DNA of 64,000 nt, from positions 3,162,001-3,226,000 of the forward strand of contig JAYWIR010000009.1 of NCBI GenBank assembly GCA_036172245.1, read 5' to 3'. Of this stretch, positions 36,502-47,209 are shown one piece after another. Each line of letters starts with the position of its first letter. The stretch's first letter is position 1. A program made the position numbers and the translations under genes. This DNA is from Raillietiella orientalis (lineage: Eukaryota). Under the pieces are notes generated by a model. The model did no database searches, was not told the DNA's origin, and was given only the letters and a program-made list of their open reading frames with translations.

Positions 36502-37681
36502 TCAATCTGCAGTTTTCTTTTTCATTTTCTTGACCATTTCCTTCCTTTTTTGTTTCCCTTTTAAAATAGCTTCCTTGAAAAGTCGACAGTACAATTCTAC
36601 TGCACAGGGTGTATCATCATTGCCAGGAATGGGATATGTGATCAGATTAGGATTTGAGTTGGTGTCAACGATGCCCACAGAAGGTATCAGCATCTTTGCT
36701 GCATCTCGAACAGCATAATGTTCTTCTAAAACACTGTCCAAAGTGCTCAAGAAAATACACAAATCTGGCAAACGTGTTAAATTACCAAACTGTGCTGTTG
36801 AATTGGTGAAAATGCCTCCCCACCAGTATCTACAGTTTGCATACTCTCCACATTCTTTAGCAGTACTTTCAACTAAATGTGTCAGCTGAGGATTGCGTGC
36901 TATGAACAAAATAATTCCTTTTCTGTATGCAATGTTTGCTATAACATTCAGTGCTTCATGCAGATGATAGGCTGTCTGATTCAAATCAAATATCAAATGA
37001 CCGAGACGACTACCAAAGATGAATGGCTTCATGTAATTATTCAGTGTGCCTTCGTTGTGGCCATAATGTACACGTGCTTCAAAAAGATCCTTGACCGTAA
37101 ACATGTTGCACAATCCAAAAAAATCTGGATGATTGAATGGCTCTCTTGTAATGGCACTTTTAACTGGAAGATAGTGAATTAGACCACTTTAATACAATTG
37201 CCAGTAATACATGCAAATAACATGAATTCACTTTTTCTGATAATTCCCACTGTCATCTGGAAATGCCTTCTCATCATTGACTCTTTGCAATCAATTACAA
37301 TTTATACATTTAGGATCATTCAAACTATTCTTTTTCATCAGTTTTTCTGACATTTCATGGTCACAAACTAGTATGAGGGCACACTCTTTTACACATACAT
37401 TAAAGATGCAAGAAAACTACTGACGGGTGGAAACAACTTACAAACATCAAACAAACGGAAATCACTAAGTTTACCAGTTTTGCATACTTGTTGCTACCTG
37501 TGAAAAAAACAAGTTTATTAAAAATACATGAATTACCATCTTCATTCAAAGTCACTTCCAAATCAGCTTTGTCTGCTACTAATGTACTGCTCACCCGAAT
37601 GATAATGTCACTTTGTTTCAGGGATAGAAAAGTCGACTTCAACTTTGAATAAGAAATATGCCTGAACTTTGATATGAGCAT
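36502..37681 (-). CDS. mRpS2: Mitochondrial small-subunit ribosomal protein S2 (uS2m), 2 coding exons, 268 aa
   Basis: Exons 37537-37681 (basic transit-like N-terminus) and 36502-37163, phase-1 GT-AG join; PFNHPDFF..LFEARVHYGH..RLPDL..GIVDTNSNPNLITYPIPGNDD. Confidence 0.95.
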
Positions 37682-38194
37682 TCTGTGGTAACAGAAACTC
37701 AGTTCCTACCTAAAAAAAATGTCGGACTGAACTCTTGAAACTTCGAATACAGCAAATTTTCGTAATTTTAAAATCACATGTTAATTACAACTCATTTTTA
37801 CATTTTACACGTTTAACATAATCATTAAACCGCGTCCCACACGCGTGCAGAAAGCAGAGCTTCGAAGTGAGCTTCTCGACTGAAGTAATTTTCAAATACA
37901 GTGATCGGTGTTAGAATGATAGAGTGGTCAACAAGCTGCATATCTTTACCAAGTTTGTACGGGCGACAACTTTATAATTCCGTAACGTTAATATGGTGGA
38001 ATTACATGGGGTTTCAAACAAGGGGACAATTCAATTTTGTATTGTTTCCTTGCTTGGAACCGGGCATTTCTTTAGCCTTTACTTGTTTCCCGATTCTCCA
38101 GACGTCCGGGCTTCGAGAATGCGTTGAAAAACCACCCCTTCCGGCTACTTTGACTGCAAATCACCTCACATGTTTTCTCCTGCTGCTGAGAAAG

Positions 38195-38290
38195 GGCAAA
38201 GGGCCCGCCAGAGCGTCGCTTTTCGCTTGCACGGCAGCCGCGCGCGTCTTCCGCCAGGACGGCCCCCTCGCCTCGGTCAGGTAGGCGTTA
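38195..38290. promoter_or_regulatory. CpG-rich patch upstream of mRpS2, probable promoter
   Basis: Local GC/CpG-rich island inside AT-rich DNA, ~0.5 kb 5' of the ATG. Confidence 0.45.
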
Positions 38291-40830
38291 CCAACTTCAT
38301 TCACGTATTTCCCATTTCAAAGAGAACACTGTGATGCTATGAAAACGAAATCAAAGTGAGAAGTAATGCCCGTTGTAGAATTGAAAACGTATTTGTGGGA
38401 GAGAAAAAAAAACGTTCATCGAGACATGGCGAAAGGAACACAAACCGGAACTGCAGACCTCAGCGGTGCAGTGGATTTCAAGAACATTTTGGGTGCCGTT
38501 TGCTAAAATTTACCATTCCTGGAGGCGTCTTTCTTTTTTCAAACGTTGACAAAATACTTGAATGTTTTGGTAATCGATGATACAAAATTAATCTCTTAGC
38601 AATCATTATGGAAGATTCGATTGAATTCTAATCAATTTTTCATACAGTGAATTTTGTTTCCAAAAAAAATGAAGGTTGTGTGTTCCTGATCGCTTGCAGC
38701 TTCAAAAAGTTTACCTATTTCCAGCAATCTTCCATTGAAAGAAGTAATTATCTAATAGATCCCTGTAATTTTCTTTGAACACAGAATCGCATGCAACCGA
38801 AGGATCTGAAGGATTGCATGAACGTAATTACTGACGCCGTAATTTCTACAAAGATAGGACTTCAAATACTCATGTCTTTAAATCGGGCAAAGGCGTTTTT
38901 CCGTATTTTTCTTTTAATCATTAGTGTCCGATCTTGTATTTACTCATTTTTTGCAAACACTGCAGTGTTTAAAATGCTTGAGGGGAATCTCTGAGTAAAT
39001 GAGCACAAGGAAAAAGAATTTCATTCCACGGTCAGCCTCACTTGGTGGAGTTCATAGTTAATGCGATTCTTCGACGATCGCACAGCATTCTTTACTCTTT
39101 GATATCTACTGCAATACTTTGTATACCATGCATTTCAAAATCCATTCTCAAGCATTCTACCCAAAGAAAATTGAATTAGTTGTATTTTGATTTTTTTTTT
39201 TTTTTCTAATCAAGGAACAAGTGTGTCCATGTGTTTAACTGCCAAAAAGGGATCAAGTTTTCCTCAAATCTGAGATCAGAGATTTAATTAATACGAAACT
39301 TTAGACTTTCAAAGTTTTTTCCTCTTGTGTTGTCTCAAGTTTGCCGAGAAACTTTTATGTTTCGAAAGTATACGTGCACGTAAATTGAGTGTGGGAAGCC
39401 CTTCCTTGAGATCACATGAATTGACACAGTCTGCCTATTTTGCAAACAAATCTTACTTTTATGAAGCACAAGTAAAACTCGATAACACGAAAGGGTTCAC
39501 AAGAACTTTCACTGCTCAGTTGTCTTTTACAGGTTTTATATTTACTCTACTTTAATCAAGATATTGGCATAAGAACCAGATTATACTTGCATTTCATACT
39601 CTGCATTCCCTTAATCTTGTCTTGTGTGCATTAAAGTTCTACTGATTTGCAAAGATTTTTCAACAAACCTCAATTAGCTTAAGTGAAGTGTAGAATGTCT
39701 TTTGTTTTGTTTTAAGTGACTTTCACTCCATGCTGTTGGTTGGTTGCCTTTTTGTAGGCACGAACAGGTCAACATCCACTCTTCTGTGAAGTGAGCGGGC
39801 CATGGTTTCTTAGTTTTCTTGCAAGAAATAACTTGGACAACACCGGAAATTTTTCTTACTTCAACATTTCAATCCTTGTCCCATTTCAAACCCTGACACT
39901 TATTACTTACAAATAACCCATAATCACAACTATATTTTGGTTTTCATCAATTCTACTTGTTTCCTCAAATCTACTTAGGAAGCAAACATCTCTTTTTTCA
40001 TTGTCATCTCCAACAAATATTGGTGGCAAACGGTTGGCAAACTTTAACATCTTGCATGAAATAATTCGCTATGCGAGAAAAGAATCCCCAAACTTGCACT
40101 CTTCACCTCTTCTTGCTAATTTGATCGTCTCACTTAAAAATTTTTGTAAAAGATTTACTTGCATGTACTAAAATGTCTGCTTGTTGCAATATGGAACCAG
40201 GAACATGCCACATCCTGGAGTTGGGTTGTAAAAGGAAACCACGTCATACAGCTTTGATCATAGTTTAGTGACAATAGTTTATGATCCAAACCTAAGGTTC
40301 AACACTCTTTCACACACCAATTGAAAGTGGACCACTGATGAGCTATGTAGCTATTACAATACATATATGAAATTGCATCAAGTCCACTGATCTTATAAAC
40401 CATCCAGTGATTGTAAATGAAATCCCACTTGGTAGTTCTAGATTAAAATGCATTAAAAGAAAATGAAGCATGAACATAAACTAATCCTTTATGATAAACG
40501 AAGTTTCTGAGAATGGTCTTTTTCCCAAAACTATAAATGAACATAATATGAAGAAAGCATCACCACAAAAGCACAAGTTTTGGTGGTAATGGATCAATTG
40601 GTTCCTCAAGATTCAGCTTGCCAAATATCAGAACGAAATAGATAGAAAAGCAGGAACCATGAAGTCCATTATGATAAGGACAGGAATTCAAGGTAATATT
40701 GAATTACGACTTGCAAACCAACAATGAGGTAACTGTGCTTGAAGTTTGTGAATCAGCTTTTTGAAAACAGATCACATATCACAATTAAATGGTGGTTAGC
40801 CAAGTTTTTCATCCTGAACAATTCGATAGA

Positions 40831-42198
40831 TCAGTTTTCCTCCTTGATGTTTACATCCATTTCCATTTGATCCCAATTTTTAATATTGGGTGAAACTTCC
40901 AAATCCAATAACAATGTCTTCTGGGAAGTATCTGTTTGATTTTTTTCAATTTTCATCTCTGGGGTTTCTTCCTTTTCTTTCTTGATTTGAAGAACGCGAT
41001 TTTGCAATCGCTCCAAAAAGGCACCTGCTCCAACCTTCTGTCTAACTTTTTCTTGTTTTCTTTCTGAACTTCCTGCTTCTTTGAGTTTTTCTTGTAGGCT
41101 TTTTTGCTGCTCCTGAACAGCATTAAACAATTGCACAACCCCTCTGAAATATTAGACTGATGTCTGTTCATGTAAGCTGCTTTGCATACCTGCAAGCCAC
41201 TTGCTTTAGAGCTTTTTCTTTATTTCTGTCCAGAGCACTAGGTTTGCAATGACCAATTCTTTTCATTTGCTGTCGCAATAACTGTTGCCTCCATTTCTAA
41301 AGCAAGAAAGGTTTTCAATAAGCATCAGAATAAATACAGACAGCTTACAGATTCAAGATCCTCATGGATGGGTTTGGGAGTCCTTTTTTCAGTGTCATCT
41401 AGTGCTTCAGTTTTGAAGAACTGACCGTTTCGCTCAATTTCAAATGATTCTGTGTCCACCTTCTGCTGGATTTCATAATCTTTTTTTGCTTTTGAAAGGA
41501 TGACATTCTTTTCATTTTTGGTCTTTGTAGACAAAATCTTTGAAATTACGTCTGCCCAAGCAGCCTTTTGAGTTTTATTAACTGATTTACGGTTCACAGA
41601 TTTTTCCTCATGAATTCCTAACAAGGATTACAGAAAAAAAGAAAAAGTTAACACATCAATATTAGCTGTACATATGATGCCAAGCTTTCACTTTAAAAAC
41701 ATAATCCTTCGTTTTTCTTATTAGATAAACTCCCACGAATTAAATATCTTACATATTCCATACTGAAACATAGAATCTAGTTAAGATGACACATTGATGG
41801 GAAAGTGACTTCTGCATATGCAGGACTCTTATCACAAAACTTGGCATACATTCTTCCCTCAGTTTAATAATCAAAAAACTTGAAAATGTTTACAGTTATA
41901 CGTAGATTCATGAACAAAACAGAAAAATTGACCAATTATGCTTGAAAGATTAGCATGGCAAAAGTTGGAATTCACTTCTAATTTTTTATGCAGCTTTCTA
42001 AAAACCCTGGTCGTCACTGATACTGTATGGGAAGTATATTAATGTTTAAATTAAAATAAAGGAAACGTTAGAAAGAAATTATGACTTACTGCGTTTATGC
42101 AATCGCCTACCACTTTCTTCTTCATCAGAAGACCCATCACTAAATTTCTTAAGATCTCTTTCCTTTATCTTGCATTTTGCCTTTTTTTTAAGTACCAT
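40831..42198 (-). CDS. RRP15: RRP15-like ribosome biogenesis protein, 4 coding exons (~258-265 aa)
   Basis: Exons 42111 (or 42090)-42198, 41349-41617, 41190-41296, 40831-41143, phase-compatible; motifs AWADVISKIL, ILSKAK, KP..LDRNKEKALKQVACRGVVQLFNAV. Confidence 0.9.
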
Positions 42199-43638
42199 TA
42201 TGTGGATGCAACTTTTGACTCTATAGAAAAGTGAAATTCACAGTCAGAGTATTCATGGATCCAATTGAAAGCACCTTTCAAGACTCTGGAATTCATTTTA
42301 TTTTATGGGAGATTTAAAAATGTCCACTCACAACTGCAGGCTAAACATATGTTAGCCCCTCCCCCCTCCCCCCCCCCCCCGAAAATATCCCTAAAATCAA
42401 ATCAAAATTACAGTCTGCCTCATGTCTGGCCGTGTGGATCTTCATGGCCAGTTAATTACCACATAGGGTTCCAGATAGCAGGAAAGGAAAACTCCTGGAT
42501 TCGATCCGTTTAAAAGGGGGGAGGGGTGGGGGGGGGGGGGATTCGTGGTAACTTTGTGATCCAATACGAGAAGAAACCACAATGGGCTACGAACTTCTTG
42601 TCACTGCCCGCGTTCACACGTGTCCTCCATCTTCGAGGGATCAGCGCGCCCCGCGCGCGCGGCCGCGGTCACATCCGCGGGGGATGCTCGCAGGATCAGA
42701 AGATGCACAGGAAAAGGAAAACAACCATTCCGAGGTTCAAGGAGATGGTGTCACGGATTGATGCCCACGGAATGAACGTGTTTCAAACGTAAACCAAATC
42801 ACGGGGTAATTTTTTTTTTTGAAAAAAAAAAAAAAAAAAAAACAGTTTTTTTTTTGGATTTCTTGTTCGAGTTTCACAGTCACTTCAACTCTGAGATTTC
42901 CCTTCTGTCCATTTAAGAAGCAACAGAAACAAAACGTTTTATTGGTTTCTTGCTCTTTAAAGAGATTCTAATAAAAACATGCAAGCTCTAGCCATATTTA
43001 CACTCCTCTCTGAGGAAACTCTTCTGATCATCTTCACTTTAGAGTGGAGAATCCGTTTGCCTTGTGCCTTCCTCAATCACTTCTGCTTATTGAGAAAGGT
43101 CGGATACGATTCTAAATTTCGAAAATTTCACCTCACAAAAAAAAACCAACAAAGCACGGCCACAGATATCTAAAGAAACCCGTCGATGAAGACACCAAGG
43201 TTTTGTTTCGAGATACGAAAAGTTACGGTGGTCAGATAGGCCATTGGCTACTTATTAAACAAACACAAGCTGAACTAATAAGACATAAGTTGCACCAAAG
43301 CTTTGAAATCAAAGAAGAAAAAAAAAAGAAGAAGCAATTCATTATAATTTTTTCACCATGAAATTATAAAGTACAGAGAATAAAAATGCACAGATTAATA
43401 TCCTTAACGGAGTATTCCAAATGAATGCAAAACATCTGTAGAGCTCAGGTGGCCAACAAATAGTTTCATAGAGTCCAAACTGAGGGAAGAATGTGTGCCA
43501 AGTTTTGTAATAGGAGTCCTACATATGCGGAAGTCACTTTCCCATTGATGTGTCATCTGAACAAGATTCCATGTTTCAGTATGGAATACATACATACATA
43601 CATACATAAGTTTGTCTAATAAGAAAAACGAAGCATTA
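41702..43638. repeat. ~165-bp inverted repeat pair flanking RRP15 coding exon 1 and promoter
   Basis: 41702-41865 is the reverse complement of 43477-43638 (e.g. GATGACACAT..ATGGGAAAGTGACTTC, CAAAACTTGGCA.ACATTCTTCCCTCAGTTT); the second copy has a (TACA)n expansion. Confidence 0.9.
42600..42700. promoter_or_regulatory. CpG-rich patch upstream of RRP15, probable promoter
   Basis: GCGCGCCCCGCGCGCGCGGCCGCGG island in AT-rich context; 5' UTR acceptor TTTTCTATAG at 42221. Confidence 0.5.
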
Positions 43639-45943
43639 CAGAATTCACCCTATTGCTAGAAGATAGCGGACTTCTAACGACATGTTGCGAATAAAGTTTA
43701 GAAAGTAAAGCATGGTAGAAAAAAAAAGAAAAAGAAAAGGAAAAACGATGCCAAGGAGTAAGCAAAATCAAAATGTACTTCTGTTTTGCTGCAAGGCATG
43801 TTACTTCTTGCTAATGATTTGTTGTTTCTCGAGGACAGACAGACACTTTCATGGATGCAGAGTCCCTTGAAAAAGACAAGACTTTTGCTATTTCATTATG
43901 AAGTGAAGATTAAAGGTGGCGAAGATTTGAAGGAAGGAGGGGGGGAGTCACCCCACAGGATTACGTGAAGACTGGATTCAAAGTTCGGAAGCCGAATTTG
44001 TTCTGGATTTCGACTAACTGCAAAAGCATCCATGTACGATAATCGATTCCTGTCTGATTAAGGTGATTATATTCAGAAGAAGGACAGGTACCAGCAAGAG
44101 TAAAGGAGTGTGTCCCAATATCTTTGTTGCATAACCAATTAAGTCACTTGGTTTGATCAGAGATGCCAAGAATTAACCTTCTAGTATCTTTATAGTAAAA
44201 AATGGTAACCAATTTGTTTGGAGTGCTCCGTTTCCCAGAAACCGTCAATGCAAGGCACTCATCCAGTGAACTCAAACTTTCATAGGCAAACGGCGTGAAA
44301 AACATCATTTTTGTTTTCTACTGCACTGATGTTCAGAGGTAACACGAGACCCAATTTCTCCAGAGGATGAAACGATGACTCGCATATTTAAAAATATGAA
44401 TTGCAAAAGCATGCTTGCCCATACATCAGGGTAGAAGTGAATTGTAAATGGTCGTTAAAGGAAGTTATGAAATTTTATCCATTAAATGATAAGGCTTCTT
44501 GGGACTCCATTTACGATTAATAAGAAACCATGACTCATCTAAAAATCATCCTGCTAATTTTTTTTTAATTACAATAGGGCTTCCTGAATCGAACAGCTCA
44601 TCCTGGGAAATTTTTCGACCTGAAGGAATAGCACCAATAAAATGCTATGCAAAATCCGATCGCACCCACTCTGCCGAATTTTTCCGTGGACCTCAAGAAA
44701 AGCCGTGTCTTTTCCATGGTGAGCAATCCATGGCTCGGACCAGGAAAGTAAAGCTGCTTCCATGCTCGCATTAGGGATCACATTTTGAGAAGAAATAGCC
44801 CGACTGCTCAATTTTCAACCCATGCGTATGCGATTAGGAGGATAAATGTCTTTTCAGTAGGGAGGACTTTTGCCAGCAAATTATGCATGGCTGGTTCGTT
44901 TTCATCATTATTGTGGAACGGAAGGAGCGTGTTGCACCCTCCCTCGCAAAACAAGGAATTCCAGGTCTGAAACATCTAGGTGCTTTCATCTTGAAAGTCT
45001 CGAAGAAGGAATTTCAACTGGAATTTCAAGAACACAAGGAGCTAGTAAACTGGCACTTTCCATGGGTCGGTGGCTTAGGAGCACAAACCCAGACTGGGGG
45101 AGGGGGAGATGGGGGGGGGGAATTCTTTCCAAGAATGTGGAAGATTTAATCATCGTTTTGCGTTCATTCAACCTGCTGTGCCCGTGGATGATAAAACCAG
45201 TTGGAAAGTTGGATACGTGTGCTGCCTCCGCTAGAATAACAATATGCTTGTGTGCCGGTGAGCTTGTTGCCTTTCCAAAAAGCGGATACAGGATTTAGAC
45301 GGTGGACTCAGCGATCCTTTATGGCGAGTAAAGTAAATAAATCTAAGTAGTCTTTTATGGACTAAGGATTTGTTTTTTTCCATTTTGCGTCTTCCAACAG
45401 AGGCGGACGACACTGTGGAAGAGATAGGTCACTCGAAAGAGACCCCCAAAAGTCACCAGCGGACGTTTTCAGACAGCCGCAGTTGTATGCTGAGTGTTCC
45501 AATCTTTAAGTGGGAAAGGTGGATTGGCCGGGACAAAGTAGAGGATTCGCGATCGAGGGCTGGAAAAAATTTCGAAGGTTGGCCAACATAAGTCCGTTTA
45601 GTATATGTACCTCCGAAGCAGGGACAATTATGCTTCCGAGTAACCCACGTTTGGGGTTATCGCAGAGGTCAGCCCAATCGCAGTGCAATGATCGAGCCTC
45701 ACTCTGGAGGGATCTCCATGGTGACCAAGATCGCCTCGAAGCCAGGTAAGTCCGTTTATTTGTGTACCCATCTGCCTACTACCACCCAAACTGAAAGCGA
45801 AAAATTTTCCTCCTTTTGCTGAGCGCTGACGTCCACTGCTCCTTTCTGAGAGAACCAAGGTCAGGTCTGTTTCCTCTTGCAGACTCCGCTCCACTAGCTC
45901 TCCGGTTCCGAGTCTCGCAACCACGGCTTTGGATTGCCTCCTC

Positions 45944-46986
45944 TCCCCTCCTCGATGCCCTTCAAATCAAATTTCCTGCGCCGGGATTTCGGGAGTCCTT
46001 CTCTCCTCCTTACCGGGCCGTCTCCTCTCAGGACCTCGGTCTCCTACCGGAGAGGAACACCTTGCAGGGTACTCTGGGAACAGGAGACCTTGAAAACCAG
46101 ACGAAGCTGGTCATAAACTTCATCTTCCTGCTGCTGGACATGGGACTGCTCGTCACGTGCCACAACCTGATGATCAGGTCCCGGAGAAGCTGCACAACTA
46201 GAGTCGAATCTTTGCAACTATCCTTGTCCAAAGACCCGCGAGGGCTTAGGAAGCCACCTGGAGCCGACAAATTCGCCTCCAGGCGCCAGCTCGAAAACAG
46301 CATCCCATGTTCGGAATCAACGTACTGCACGGAACAGGAAGAGAGCGAGGGGAAGGGAAACTTGGGCGCGCTGAAGAGTTGGTGCACGGTAACGACAGTG
46401 GCAATCGGGAGGCTGGTCGAAGTTCCTGGCAGGGAAGAGGCGCCTCCTCTAGCAACCGCGATGTCTGCCTGGCTCGCTGCAATCAGCAGTGACCACGGCC
46501 GGGCAGACATGCCACTGCATCCGTGAGAGAGCGGATGCTGTGGGAAATATGGGGGGGGGGGGAGCTTCAGATCGCGGAAATGATCGCCTACCGCCGTACC
46601 GAGGTCATGCCGGCTAGAGGAGGGACGCCGGCCGGTATAGTGACGGTTGTCCGAGGGTGTCTCAGCGACCGTTGGCCTCCTTCCTTCAGCCGACATCCGA
46701 AAAGGGAAAGCCTTTCTTCCCCTCTCGGTGGGGAGGTTCCCTCAGTACAGGAAGAAAGCTCTTCGGGTTTGCCTTCCTTCCTCTTCCCTGACTCTCCCAT
46801 TCATCCTGTCCGTCTCGGGAGAGGAACAAAGCCCACCCCCTTCCGGGAACTTCACTCCGGGGGAGACTGCTGTCCTCCGCTCCGGCGGGAGACCGAGGTC
46901 CTGGGAGGAGACGGAGTGAGGAAGCGAGAAGAAGAAATCCCGAAATCCCGGCACAAATTCGATTAGCGGGGCGTCGGGCGAGGGGG
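45944..46986. repeat. ~115-bp diverged inverted repeats enclosing ~810 bp
   Basis: 45944-46059 is the reverse complement of 46871-46986 (GCCGGGATTTCGGGA; CCGTCTCCTC.CAGGACCTCGGTCTCC..CCGGAG). Confidence 0.85.
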
Positions 46987-47044
46987 AGGGAGGAAAGAGA
47001 GGAAAGGGATTCCAGCCGTGCGCGTTGAGAGTGAAACTAATCCG

Positions 47045-47209
47045 GTTACCATGGGAACAACGGCAGTCCTTGACTCCCGCCGAAATCAGGCTCAGAACGC
47101 AAGAATGATCTATGGAGGCCAGCGCTCTGTCATCTGACGACGTCGCACACAGAAGGCAAGCCACTCTGTACGCCGTCCTTCAGCTCCTCGAGCGCGTCTC
47201 CATGGCAAC
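47045..47209. promoter_or_regulatory. Pair of consensus RFX X-boxes
   Basis: GTTACCATGGGAAC 47045-47058 and GTCTCCATGGCAAC 47196-47209 both fit GTHNYYATRRNAAC. Confidence 0.6.

Noticed and set aside
40320..40395. CTGATGA..GAAA hammerhead ribozyme or C/D snoRNA
   Set aside because: Only a partial stem II (TATGTA/TACATA); stems I and III and a terminal snoRNA stem cannot be formed
35900..45500. AT-rich block as bacterial/organellar contamination or horizontal transfer
   Set aside because: It contains spliceosomal-intron genes with a transit-peptide exon, typical of nuclear animal genes
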